64,000 nt of DNA from Nitrososphaerota archaeon (GTDB lineage Archaea; Thermoproteota; Nitrososphaeria; Nitrososphaerales; Gagatemarchaeaceae): positions 22,832 through 86,831 of the forward strand of contig DAHVLJ010000005.1 in the NCBI GenBank assembly GCA_027320425.1, in the 5' to 3' direction. Made by a program: the position numbers and the translations under genes. Each line of letters begins with the position of its first letter. Position 1 is the first letter of the stretch. Below, piece by piece: positions 35,893-43,932 of this stretch. The notes beneath the pieces are model-generated. The model had not been told where the DNA came from. It worked only from the letters and a program-made list of their open reading frames with translations, and did no database searches.

Positions 35893-36678
35893 CTATGCCC
35901 CGCCGAGGGAGACGATGAGATCGGTGGCGAAGCCGAGGCAGAGCCCGAGGAATATCCCGCTCATCATCAGTCCGCTGCTGTACCGCCTGCGGCCAGTGTT
36001 GAACATCAACATTGTGACATAGACCAGAGCGCCTCCGGCCAGAGCGAGGAAGAAGACATAGGCGTACGGAGAATACGAAACGCTCCCTACCAGTGTCCCT
36101 ATGAGCGTCGGGACCCCGCCTATGAACAACACCTTTGCAAGGAATGAGATCTTCGGACTCTTTTCCGAGCCGACTAGAGGCGCAGTGATGCCGAACCCTT
36201 CAGTGGCGTTGTGGGCAGCGAACCCCACTGCAAGGACAACGCCCAGCCCCACCAGCCCTGCAGCGAACGACTGTCCTATGGCGAGCCCTTCGCTCAGGTT
36301 GTGCGCCCCTATGCCAAGGGCGGTCATGGTGGAGACCTTAGCAGGCGTCACCGCGTCCTGGCCCTGCCCCATGTAACGCCTCTCATAGACGACCAGCCCA
36401 AGTAGACCTATGCTTATCCCCGCGAACATCAGGATAAGATATGCAACCGCATCAGATGCAGACCCCGCCCCCTGGTAGGCGGCCACCGCAGCGCCGGTCG
36501 TGGTGTCCCACGCGTGGCTGAAGACGTCCACTATCAGGAACATCAGTATGCCTACCGCGAACGCGTTGAGGAACCCCCTGACCTTGTCACCTATCCCTAG
36601 AAGGACTATCGGCAGGCCCAGGAATATGGTGAAACCGGCGAAGCCGCCTATGAGGGCGAGCTCGAGTAGGTCGGCCAT
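35893..36678 (-). CDS. ZIP-family divalent metal transporter (ZupT-like)
   Basis: 8 TM helices with GIGAHNLSEGLAIG and AAHNATEGFGI metal-binding motifs. Confidence 0.85.
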   Translation of the reverse strand: MADLLELALIGGFAGFTIFLGLPIVLLGIGDKVRGFLNAFAVGILMFLIVDVFSHAWDTTTGAAVAAYQGAGSASDAVAYLILMFAGISIGLLGLVVYERRYMGQGQDAVTPAKVSTMTALGIGAHNLSEGLAIGQSFAAGLVGLGVVLAVGFAAHNATEGFGITAPLVGSEKSPKISFLAKVLFIGGVPTLIGTLVGSVSYSPYAYVFFLALAGGALVYVTMLMFNTGRRRYSSGLMMSGIFLGLCLGFATDLIVSLGGA

Positions 36679-36702
36679 TGCTTGAGACCTTCGACCACCG
36701 AG

Positions 36703-36716
36703 ATAACATATGTTAT
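36703..36716. promoter_or_regulatory. perfect 14-bp palindrome ATAACATATGTTAT over the ZIP-gene promoter
   Basis: Self-complementary sequence located 25-38 nt upstream of the ZIP ATG (36678), where a TATA box for a leaderless transcript is expected. Confidence 0.4.
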
Positions 36717-36786
36717 AACCGTTTAACCTAATTTCAGACCATTTGCCTGGAAACCTTAATGTCGATGAACGGGCTTTCTATCCTGA

Positions 36787-37878
36787 TTGTCGCCAGACCC
36801 CAGGCTGACAGTTCCCTCAGGTAAGGAGGCAGAGCTTTACCGAGACCTTTCAGGAGGTAAGGTACAGTGCACCGCCTGCGCGCGGCTCTGCCAGATAGGA
36901 GAAGGGCAGGTGGGACTGTGCGGCGTCCGCGGAGTCGTCGGGGGGAAACTCTACCTCCTCGTCTACGGCCGGGTGATGGCGGGGCACATCGACCCGATTG
37001 AGAAGAAGCCTGTCGTCCACTACCGGCCAGGCTCCAAGATATTCTCTCTCGCTACCAGTGGTTGTAACTGGCTTTGTCGTTACTGCCAGAACTACGACAT
37101 CAGCCAGAGGAGGAAGATCGAGGGGACTGAGGCGGCGCCAGGCGACATGGTGGCCCAGGCTGTCGCGCACGGCTGCGAAGGAATGGCGTACACCTACAAC
37201 CAGCCGACAATTTTCATGGAGTACGCCCGCGACGTGGGGAAGCTTGCGAGGTCGAAGGGGCTCTTCAACATATTCGTCTCCAATGGCTACGACACGCCTG
37301 AGACCGTGGCGATGATGGACGACTTCCTCGACTGCATCACCGTCGACTTCAAGGGGAGCGGAGAGACGAAGTTCGTCCGGAGCTACATCGGCATTCCCGA
37401 CGCCGGCCCCATCTATCAGACCTTGAAGGAGATCCAGCGCCGGGGCAAGGTCCACATCGAGGTCACAGATCTGATAGTCCCAGGGGTCGGCGAGTCGCTG
37501 GAAGAGGCGGCGAAGATGTGCAGGTGGATATACGACAACCTCGGGCCAGACACGCCAGTCCACTTCCTTAGGTTCCACCCCGACTACAAGATGATGGATC
37601 TTCCCTGGACTCCGGTGGAGACCCTTGAGAAGCATGTCAGGGTCGGAAGAGATGCGGGGTTGGATTACGTCTACATCGGGAACGTCCCAGGGCACCCCGA
37701 CGAAAGCACCTACTGCCCCGGATGCAAGTCGGTCCTCATCAAGAGATACGGCTACGAGATCCTCGAGTACAACCTGGACCAAAACAGCAAGTGCAAGACC
37801 TGCGGATACAAGACCCCCATCGTAGGGCCCCTCAGCAAGTCCTTCGCCGGCGACCGGTTCCTATCCGTGATCAGTTAG
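36787..37878 (+). CDS. AmmeMemoRadiSam-system radical SAM enzyme (PflA-like)
   Basis: CNWLCRYCQNYDIS radical-SAM cluster. The N-terminal CTACARLCQIGEGQVGLCGVR and DPIEKKPVVHYRPGS are typical of this family. TTG start. Confidence 0.82.
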   Translation: MSPDPRLTVPSGKEAELYRDLSGGKVQCTACARLCQIGEGQVGLCGVRGVVGGKLYLLVYGRVMAGHIDPIEKKPVVHYRPGSKIFSLATSGCNWLCRYCQNYDISQRRKIEGTEAAPGDMVAQAVAHGCEGMAYTYNQPTIFMEYARDVGKLARSKGLFNIFVSNGYDTPETVAMMDDFLDCITVDFKGSGETKFVRSYIGIPDAGPIYQTLKEIQRRGKVHIEVTDLIVPGVGESLEEAAKMCRWIYDNLGPDTPVHFLRFHPDYKMMDLPWTPVETLEKHVRVGRDAGLDYVYIGNVPGHPDESTYCPGCKSVLIKRYGYEILEYNLDQNSKCKTCGYKTPIVGPLSKSFAGDRFLSVIS

Positions 37879-38815
37879 CCAGGGGAGCTTCGAGCTTCTG
37901 TTTGACGAACTTCTCTGCGTCCAGGAGCGCCTTGCACCCGTCGGCAGCCGCTGTTATCGCCTGCCTGTAGCGGAAATCATGGACGTCCCCCGCCACGAAG
38001 ACCCCTGGGACGCTGCTCTCGGTCCCATTGTGCAGGGCCACGTAGCCTTTCTGGTCGAGCTCAACCTGTCCCCTGAATATCTCTGTGTTCGGGTCATACC
38101 CGATGGCTACGAACACCCCATCCAGCTGGATGTCTCCCTCCTTTCCGGTCTTCAGGTTCCTGACCTTCACCCCGCTCACCTTTCCGTCGCCCAATACCTC
38201 GGTCACGGCGGAGTCCCACACGAAGCTGACCTTCGGATTCGAGAGGGCCTCCTTCTTCAGCGCTGCGTTGGCCCTGAGCTCGTCTCTACGGTGTATCACC
38301 TGCACGGAAGTGGCGAACTTCGTCAGGAACGTCGCTTCTTCCAAGGCTGTGTCCCCCCCGCCGACCACCGCGACCTTCTTCCCTCTGAAGAAGAAGGCGT
38401 CGCACACCGCGCAGTTGGAGACCCCCTTCCCCATCAGCTTCATCTCTGATGGGAGGTTGAGGCGCCTCGGGTTCGCCCCGGTGGCGATGATCACCGAAAG
38501 CGCGCGCGTGACCCCTGACCCTGTGTAGACCTCCAACGGATACGTCTTGAAGTTCACCTTCACCACGTCTTCCTGGACAAGCCGCGCTCCGAGCCTCTCC
38601 GCCTGGGACTTCATCCGAGAGATCAGGTCGGGCCCAAGGACGGGGTCAGGGAACCCCGGAAAGTTCTCTACTTCGCTTGTGAGCATGAGCTGGCCCCCAT
38701 ACTTCGTCCCCATGAACACGAGTGGGTCGAGGTCGGCCCTGCATCCGTAGATGGCCGCAGTGAGCCCTGCAGGCCCGGAACCAATGATCACTAACTTCTC
38801 AGCTTTTGCTTCCAT
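37871..38815 (-). CDS. trxB: thioredoxin-disulfide reductase
   Basis: GSGPAG FAD motif, redox CAVCD, NADPH motif GGGDTALEEA. Confidence 0.9.
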   Translation of the reverse strand: MEAKAEKLVIIGSGPAGLTAAIYGCRADLDPLVFMGTKYGGQLMLTSEVENFPGFPDPVLGPDLISRMKSQAERLGARLVQEDVVKVNFKTYPLEVYTGSGVTRALSVIIATGANPRRLNLPSEMKLMGKGVSNCAVCDAFFFRGKKVAVVGGGDTALEEATFLTKFATSVQVIHRRDELRANAALKKEALSNPKVSFVWDSAVTEVLGDGKVSGVKVRNLKTGKEGDIQLDGVFVAIGYDPNTEIFRGQVELDQKGYVALHNGTESSVPGVFVAGDVHDFRYRQAITAAADGCKALLDAEKFVKQKLEAPLAN

Positions 38816-38872
38816 ATGCAGGTCTAATGCGCTGTTTCCGCTTCATAAATCTGCCCCCGGCATGCGCCGGCG

Positions 38873-40549
38873 CTAGAGCAGCTTCGCTTCTCTCTGTACC
38901 GTGTGCAGCTCGTCCGAGAGCTGGTTCAGGGCTCTTTCAAGCCTCTTGGTGTACTGCGGGAGCAACCTGTCAAAGACTTCCTTCCTCATCTGCTTCAGGT
39001 AGTACTGCTGGTAGAGGTTCAGCTTGTCCTTGGTCGCCCTGTCGACCTCCCTCTCGGTCGCCTGCATCTGGTTGACGACTTCGGAGAACCTCTGGCTCGT
39101 GGCCTTCTGCTTTACCTCGTTGAGCCGCGCAAGCGCCTTGCTCCTGAATGTGTCTACCTTCCCCCTGAGCTCGTCGAAGTACGCCTTGTCCAGCTCGCTG
39201 GAGTCCTTCGACGCGATCTCCTGCCAGATGCCGTTGATGAGGCTGGTCTTCTCGTCGAAGGCATTGACCATAGCTTCGGCCTGCTCGGACGACGCCTCTG
39301 CTTCTTCCTCTTCGTCGCTTGCCGCCTCCGCTGAGGTCGTTCGTGAAGCGAAGAGCCCGATGAGCAACAGCATGAAAAGCACCGAAGCTACCGGTATCCC
39401 TCCCTCAAGGAACCATCCAGCGGACAGGCCGTAGGAGAAGGTGGTGCTCCCGGTCTGCCACGGCGTGACGGACGTCAGGTTCGTCGGAGAACCCTCGGAC
39501 ACCCTGGCGCTCGGAGGCATAGAGATCGTGATGCTGTATGAATCGGCGAACGCGTTCACTGGAGGGGCGTCGGGGATCTTCAGCGTCACCTGACCGCCGG
39601 ATACCGAATAGTAATTCGAGCCGAGAGGATACTGGTAGGTCAGAGTGAAGTTGGTGCTCGCCGGGACCCCGTCGCTAGGATAGCCTACGACGAAAGTGGC
39701 CAAGTCGATCGCTCCGCTGGATAGGGCGAGGGTGAAGGGCGGGAGCAGCACAGGCTCGTCCGCGGTAGCAGTCACGATCGTCACCTGGGCGGACGGCAGG
39801 GTAAGCGACGCGACGTAGATCTGCGAAAGCGGGATTGTCCCGAGGTTCTCGAACTGTATTTCGTCCGTCACGAGCGGGGTCCCGCTTGACGAGGCGGTTA
39901 TCGTCCGCTTCTCCGAGAAGACATGGAGTGGATTGAAGTCTTCGGTCGTGGAAGAGGCGACAGCTCTGACAGAGGTCACGGCGCCGGGGGTGGCGTTGGT
40001 GACGCTCGAAGAGTAGGTGTTGTTGCTCCCGAGGAGCGTGGGGGTGAGCCCCAGAGGAGCCGAGGTGAACTCGGTAGAGACGGGCATCTGGACGATGTTC
40101 GCTAATCTCCCGACCTCAAGGTTGATCGAAGGAGAGGAGAGGGTAAGGACTTCGAGGCTTCCGTTCTTGGACGTCGAGACGACGTTGTTCGCCAGCACGC
40201 TGAGCATGAAAGTGGCGTTGCCCCCCGCCTGTATCGACTGGCTTCCTGTGACCGTGAACGGACCTCCAGTAGGGGATGATCCGGTGGAAAAGCCCGAGCT
40301 GATGGTCGAAGCGACGATGTCAGATGACAGGTTCCCGAACCCTATGGTCATGCTCGGGACTTGGATGGCGGACGTCCCGTTGTTCACGACCAAGATTGTC
40401 TCGTTGACAGTCGCAAACCCATATCGGTTCAGGGTATAGACGCTTTTGACGCTCACCTGGGAGGTGCCCTGGGCGACCGCGGTCCCCATGACCGGGAGCA
40501 CGGACAGGACGAGAAAGAGCAGGAGCGACGCTGCTACTAGGCGTTTCAA
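38873..40549 (-). CDS. type-I membrane protein: signal peptide, roughly 380-aa beta-rich ectodomain, one TM, roughly 150-aa cytoplasmic coiled coil
   Basis: Signal MKRLVAASLLLFLVLSVLPVMGTAVAQG, TM GGIPVASVLFMLLLIGLFA, then an acidic stretch and heptad-like KLNLYQQYYLKQMRKEVFDRLL. No family recognised with certainty. Confidence 0.7.
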   Translation of the reverse strand: MKRLVAASLLLFLVLSVLPVMGTAVAQGTSQVSVKSVYTLNRYGFATVNETILVVNNGTSAIQVPSMTIGFGNLSSDIVASTISSGFSTGSSPTGGPFTVTGSQSIQAGGNATFMLSVLANNVVSTSKNGSLEVLTLSSPSINLEVGRLANIVQMPVSTEFTSAPLGLTPTLLGSNNTYSSSVTNATPGAVTSVRAVASSTTEDFNPLHVFSEKRTITASSSGTPLVTDEIQFENLGTIPLSQIYVASLTLPSAQVTIVTATADEPVLLPPFTLALSSGAIDLATFVVGYPSDGVPASTNFTLTYQYPLGSNYYSVSGGQVTLKIPDAPPVNAFADSYSITISMPPSARVSEGSPTNLTSVTPWQTGSTTFSYGLSAGWFLEGGIPVASVLFMLLLIGLFASRTTSAEAASDEEEEAEASSEQAEAMVNAFDEKTSLINGIWQEIASKDSSELDKAYFDELRGKVDTFRSKALARLNEVKQKATSQRFSEVVNQMQATEREVDRATKDKLNLYQQYYLKQMRKEVFDRLLPQYTKRLERALNQLSDELHTVQREAKLL

Positions 40550-40576
40550 GCGAGTTACGCCATCGCCGCTACGTTC

Positions 40577-40586
40577 TTATTTTAAG
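40577..40586. promoter_or_regulatory. A/T-rich TATA-like element shared by divergent genes
   Basis: TTATTTTAAG lies 21-30 nt from the gcvPA ATG (40607) and 28-37 nt from the TTG (40549) of the divergent membrane-protein gene. Confidence 0.35.
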
Positions 40587-40606
40587 CGTTTTTCGGCCAA
40601 TGAGAA

Positions 40607-41995
40607 ATGCGAGACGCTCCTAGGCGTCACCCCCTGCTGCCCAACCTCGACGAAGCCCTGGTAGCCAAGATGCTTGAGAAGGTAGGCGCCGGGTCGGTCG
40701 ACGAGCTCTTCTCCGACATCCCTCAGAAGGTGCGCCTTGGGCGGAAGCTGAAGATCCCCGAAGGGGCAGCCGAGCATGAAGTGAGGCGCGAGGTCCAGTC
40801 GAAGCTCGCCCAGAACATGACCCCTCCCAATTCACTCTGCTTCCTCGGCGGCGGGGTCTGGCCCCACTACGTCCCCGCGGCGGTGGAGTCGATAACCTCC
40901 AGGCAGGAGTTCTACACGGCATACACCCCCTACCAGGCCGAGGTCAGCCAGGGGATGCTGCAGTCTCTCTTCGAGTACCAGAGCCTCATGTGCGACCTGC
41001 TGGGGATGGAGGTCTGCAACAGCTCGCTCTACGACTGGGCGTCCGCCGCCGGCGAAGCGGTGAGGATGGCTGGAAGGGTCACAGGGCGAAGGAAGGCGCT
41101 CCTCGCAGGGAACTCCGGGACCCAACGGAGGTCTGTGATCGGGACCTATACCGAACCGATGGGAATGTCCCTAGAGACCGTGGCCTACGACAAGGCCAGA
41201 GGGACCCTCGACATGGGAGACCTTAGGCGGAAGCTCTCGCCGGACGTCGCCTGCCTCTACATCGAGAACCCGAACTTCTTCGGCGGGATAGAGGACGCCA
41301 TAGAAGACGTGGTCGGGGCCGCGCACGAATCCGGGGCACTCGCAGTCGTAGGGGTCGACCCGATCTCGCTTTCGCTCCTGAAGGAGCCTGGAGGGTATGG
41401 CTCTGACATCGTCGTGGGGGAAGGCCAACCCCTGGGGATCGCGATGAACTTCGGCGGTCCACATCTTGGCATCTTCGCTGTGCGAGACCTGAAGCTCGCA
41501 AGGAACATGCCTGGCAGGTTGATCGGGATGACCACCGCCGCTTCAGACCCCAGCAGGAGAGCGTTTGCAATGGTGCTACAGGCTAGAGAGCAGCACATCA
41601 GGAGAGAGGCTGCGATGTCCAACGTCTGCACAAACCAGTCCCTCATGGCCCTGGCGGCGGCGAGCTATCTCTCGCTCCTGGGGAAGGAAGGGTTCCGCTC
41701 GCTAGGCGAAGCCGTGATCTCAAACTCGCACTACGCAGCTAGGCGGCTCGGACAGGTCACGGGCGTGGTTTCTCCTCACTTCAAGGGCGCCTACTTCAAG
41801 GAGTTCGTGGTATCATACAGGAAGAAAAAGGCGGAGACCGTCTACAGACAAATGGCGAAGAAGGGCGTCCTTGCGGGGTATCCAGTCCCCCGAGAGTTCG
41901 GTCTCGGGGCGGAAGCAGGGTCATACTGCGTGACCGAGGTCCACACCCCTGAGGACATCGAAAGGCTGGCCTCGGCTCTGGAGGGGGCGCTGTAG
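40607..41995 (+). CDS. gcvPA: glycine dehydrogenase (decarboxylating) subunit 1
   Basis: 462 aa with YTPYQAEVSQGMLQSLFEYQ, typical of the P-protein alpha subunit. Followed 1 nt later by subunit 2. Confidence 0.92.
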   Translation: MRDAPRRHPLLPNLDEALVAKMLEKVGAGSVDELFSDIPQKVRLGRKLKIPEGAAEHEVRREVQSKLAQNMTPPNSLCFLGGGVWPHYVPAAVESITSRQEFYTAYTPYQAEVSQGMLQSLFEYQSLMCDLLGMEVCNSSLYDWASAAGEAVRMAGRVTGRRKALLAGNSGTQRRSVIGTYTEPMGMSLETVAYDKARGTLDMGDLRRKLSPDVACLYIENPNFFGGIEDAIEDVVGAAHESGALAVVGVDPISLSLLKEPGGYGSDIVVGEGQPLGIAMNFGGPHLGIFAVRDLKLARNMPGRLIGMTTAASDPSRRAFAMVLQAREQHIRREAAMSNVCTNQSLMALAAASYLSLLGKEGFRSLGEAVISNSHYAARRLGQVTGVVSPHFKGAYFKEFVVSYRKKKAETVYRQMAKKGVLAGYPVPREFGLGAEAGSYCVTEVHTPEDIERLASALEGAL

Positions 41996-41996
41996 C

Positions 41997-43469
41997 TTGA
42001 AGAGGTTCAGGCAGGCGGTCTGGGACGAGCCGCTCCTCAAGGAGCTCAGCAAGCCTGGAAGAGTGGGGAGCACGTTCCCCGTCGACAAGAGGGTCAGAGC
42101 ACGAATAAGGGACCCGCTTTCGCTCGTGCCGTCTTCCGTCAGGAGGGAGTCGGTCAACCTCCCCGAGCTGTCCGAGCTCCAGGTGCTGAGGCACTTCAAC
42201 CGGCTTTCCCAGATGAACTTCTCCGTCGAGCTGGGCATGTATCCGCTCGGCAGCTGCACGATGAAATACAATCCAAAGGTATCTGAGGTGGTGGCATCCT
42301 CTGACGGGATGAAGAACGCCCATCCTCTCCAGCCCACAGAGACGGTCCAGGGACTTCTCTCGGTGTTCTATGACCTGGAGCGCAGTCTGAGCGAGATAAC
42401 CGGGATGAACCGCTTCTCGCTGTCCACAGCCGCCGGCGCCCAGGGAGAGCTCGCCGGTGTCCTCATGATAAGGAAGTACCTGAGGGATCATCGATCCGCC
42501 AGAGACGAGATCCTCGTCCCCGACTCGGCGCACGGAACGAATCCCGCTAGCGCCGCCATGGCTGGGTTCAAGGTAGTCAAGGTGCCTTCAGACGAGGACG
42601 GCCAGGTGAAGGCCCGGACGGTGGGAGAGCTCTGCTCCGATAGGACCGCCGGGATGATGTTCACAGTCCCCAACACCCTCGGGCTCTTCGAGGGAGAGGT
42701 GTCGGAGATATGCGAAGCTGTGCACCAGGCCGGGGGGTTGATGTACTACGACGGCGCCAACATGAACGCCCTCCTCGGAAGGGCACGGCCGGGAGACATG
42801 GGGTTCGACGTCGTTCACCTCAACCTGCACAAGACATTCGCCACGCCCCACGGAGGGGGCGGACCCGGAGCAGGACCGGTAGGGGCTAGCAAGAGGCTCG
42901 CCGAATATCTCCCCGTCCCCGTGGTGTCGAAAGGAAAAGACGGATACTATCTCGACAACAGCCTGGAGCACTCCATAGGGCCGCTCAAAGGCTTCGTCGG
43001 GAACTCCGGCGTCCTCCTCAGGGCCTATGTGTACATCCGCCTGCTGGGCGCGTCCGGCCTGGCTGACGTGTCTTCACTGGCGGTCCTGGCTGCGAACTAC
43101 CTATGGAAGAGCCTCGACCCGGAGGCCTTCCCGGCATCCCATGGGAAAGAGCTCAGAAGAAAGCACGAGGCGGTGGTCTCTGTGAAGAGCGAGCTCCCAG
43201 GCGCCGCCATGTCGGTCGCCAAAGCCGTCCTCGATTACGGCATGCACGCGCCTACCGTCTATTTCCCTCTCATCGTACACGAGGCGCTGATGATCGAACC
43301 GACCGAGTCGGAGCCGGTGGAGATGCTCGATGAATACGCCTCCGCCCTGAACGAGATCTACGCTAGGATGAAAGACAGGACGCTAGGCGAAGCGCCCAGG
43401 AACGCAAGCGTAGGAAAGGTGGACGAAGTGAAGGCTTCGCACCCCTTGACCCTGAAGACTCATTGGTGA
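41997..43469 (+). CDS. gcvPB: glycine dehydrogenase (decarboxylating) subunit 2
   Basis: 490 aa with the PLP-lysine region HLNLHKTFATPHGGGGPG. Confidence 0.92.
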   Translation: MKRFRQAVWDEPLLKELSKPGRVGSTFPVDKRVRARIRDPLSLVPSSVRRESVNLPELSELQVLRHFNRLSQMNFSVELGMYPLGSCTMKYNPKVSEVVASSDGMKNAHPLQPTETVQGLLSVFYDLERSLSEITGMNRFSLSTAAGAQGELAGVLMIRKYLRDHRSARDEILVPDSAHGTNPASAAMAGFKVVKVPSDEDGQVKARTVGELCSDRTAGMMFTVPNTLGLFEGEVSEICEAVHQAGGLMYYDGANMNALLGRARPGDMGFDVVHLNLHKTFATPHGGGGPGAGPVGASKRLAEYLPVPVVSKGKDGYYLDNSLEHSIGPLKGFVGNSGVLLRAYVYIRLLGASGLADVSSLAVLAANYLWKSLDPEAFPASHGKELRRKHEAVVSVKSELPGAAMSVAKAVLDYGMHAPTVYFPLIVHEALMIEPTESEPVEMLDEYASALNEIYARMKDRTLGEAPRNASVGKVDEVKASHPLTLKTHW

Positions 43470-43510
43470 GCCAAAGGTCATATAGGCTCTGAAACCCCGA
43501 GCGGTAGCCC

Positions 43511-43825
43511 TTGCCCAGCGAGCTCTCCAAGCGGGTTGCGGAAAGACTCAACGACATCGTCGACGAAGAAACCAAGCGCAAATTCGGAGAGTTGAACATC
43601 GTGACCGAGGTCTCCGAGACGAACACCGGATCAATACAGGTAAAGTTCCAGCCTCTTTCCGCATACAGCCCCATAGCTGTGGACACGGGGCGGAGCATCA
43701 GGAACGCTGCGCTCGCGGTTGACGGTGTGATGACCGTGAGGGTCGAGTGTTCAGGGCACATGATGGACGAACTGGTGAACAGGTTGGTCAACCAGGAAGA
43801 CCTGCAACCCATACTGCGGAGATAG
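43511..43825 (+). CDS. DUF59/MIP18-like small protein (Fe-S assembly-related fold), Cys-less variant
   Basis: 104 aa. The pattern V..RL..I.DEE....FGELNIV..V......I.V.F.PLSAYSPIA......I..A....DGV..V.V resembles DUF59, but the usual CP is YSP. Confidence 0.4.
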   Translation: MPSELSKRVAERLNDIVDEETKRKFGELNIVTEVSETNTGSIQVKFQPLSAYSPIAVDTGRSIRNAALAVDGVMTVRVECSGHMMDELVNRLVNQEDLQPILRR

Positions 43826-43897
43826 CTTCCACCCATCACGCGGGCAAGGGTAAACAAAAACTACTTCGTCGTCAACAATATTCAGTGATGGGTTTGT

Positions 43898-43907
43898 TTA
43901 TGCATAA
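43898..43907. promoter_or_regulatory. 10-bp palindrome TTATGCATAA / TATA-like box upstream of the FtsZ-like gene
   Basis: Self-complementary and A/T-rich. It ends 26 nt before the TTG start at 43933. Confidence 0.3.
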
Positions 43908-43932
43908 TGACAGCTAGGTCTGCGCTCCAGAA

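Noticed and set aside
36850-37782. 310-aa ORF antisense to the radical SAM gene
   Set aside because: The plus-strand frame carries unambiguous radical SAM motifs. The antisense product is Val/Arg/Asp/Pro-rich with no motif, which is a typical shadow ORF of GC-rich DNA.
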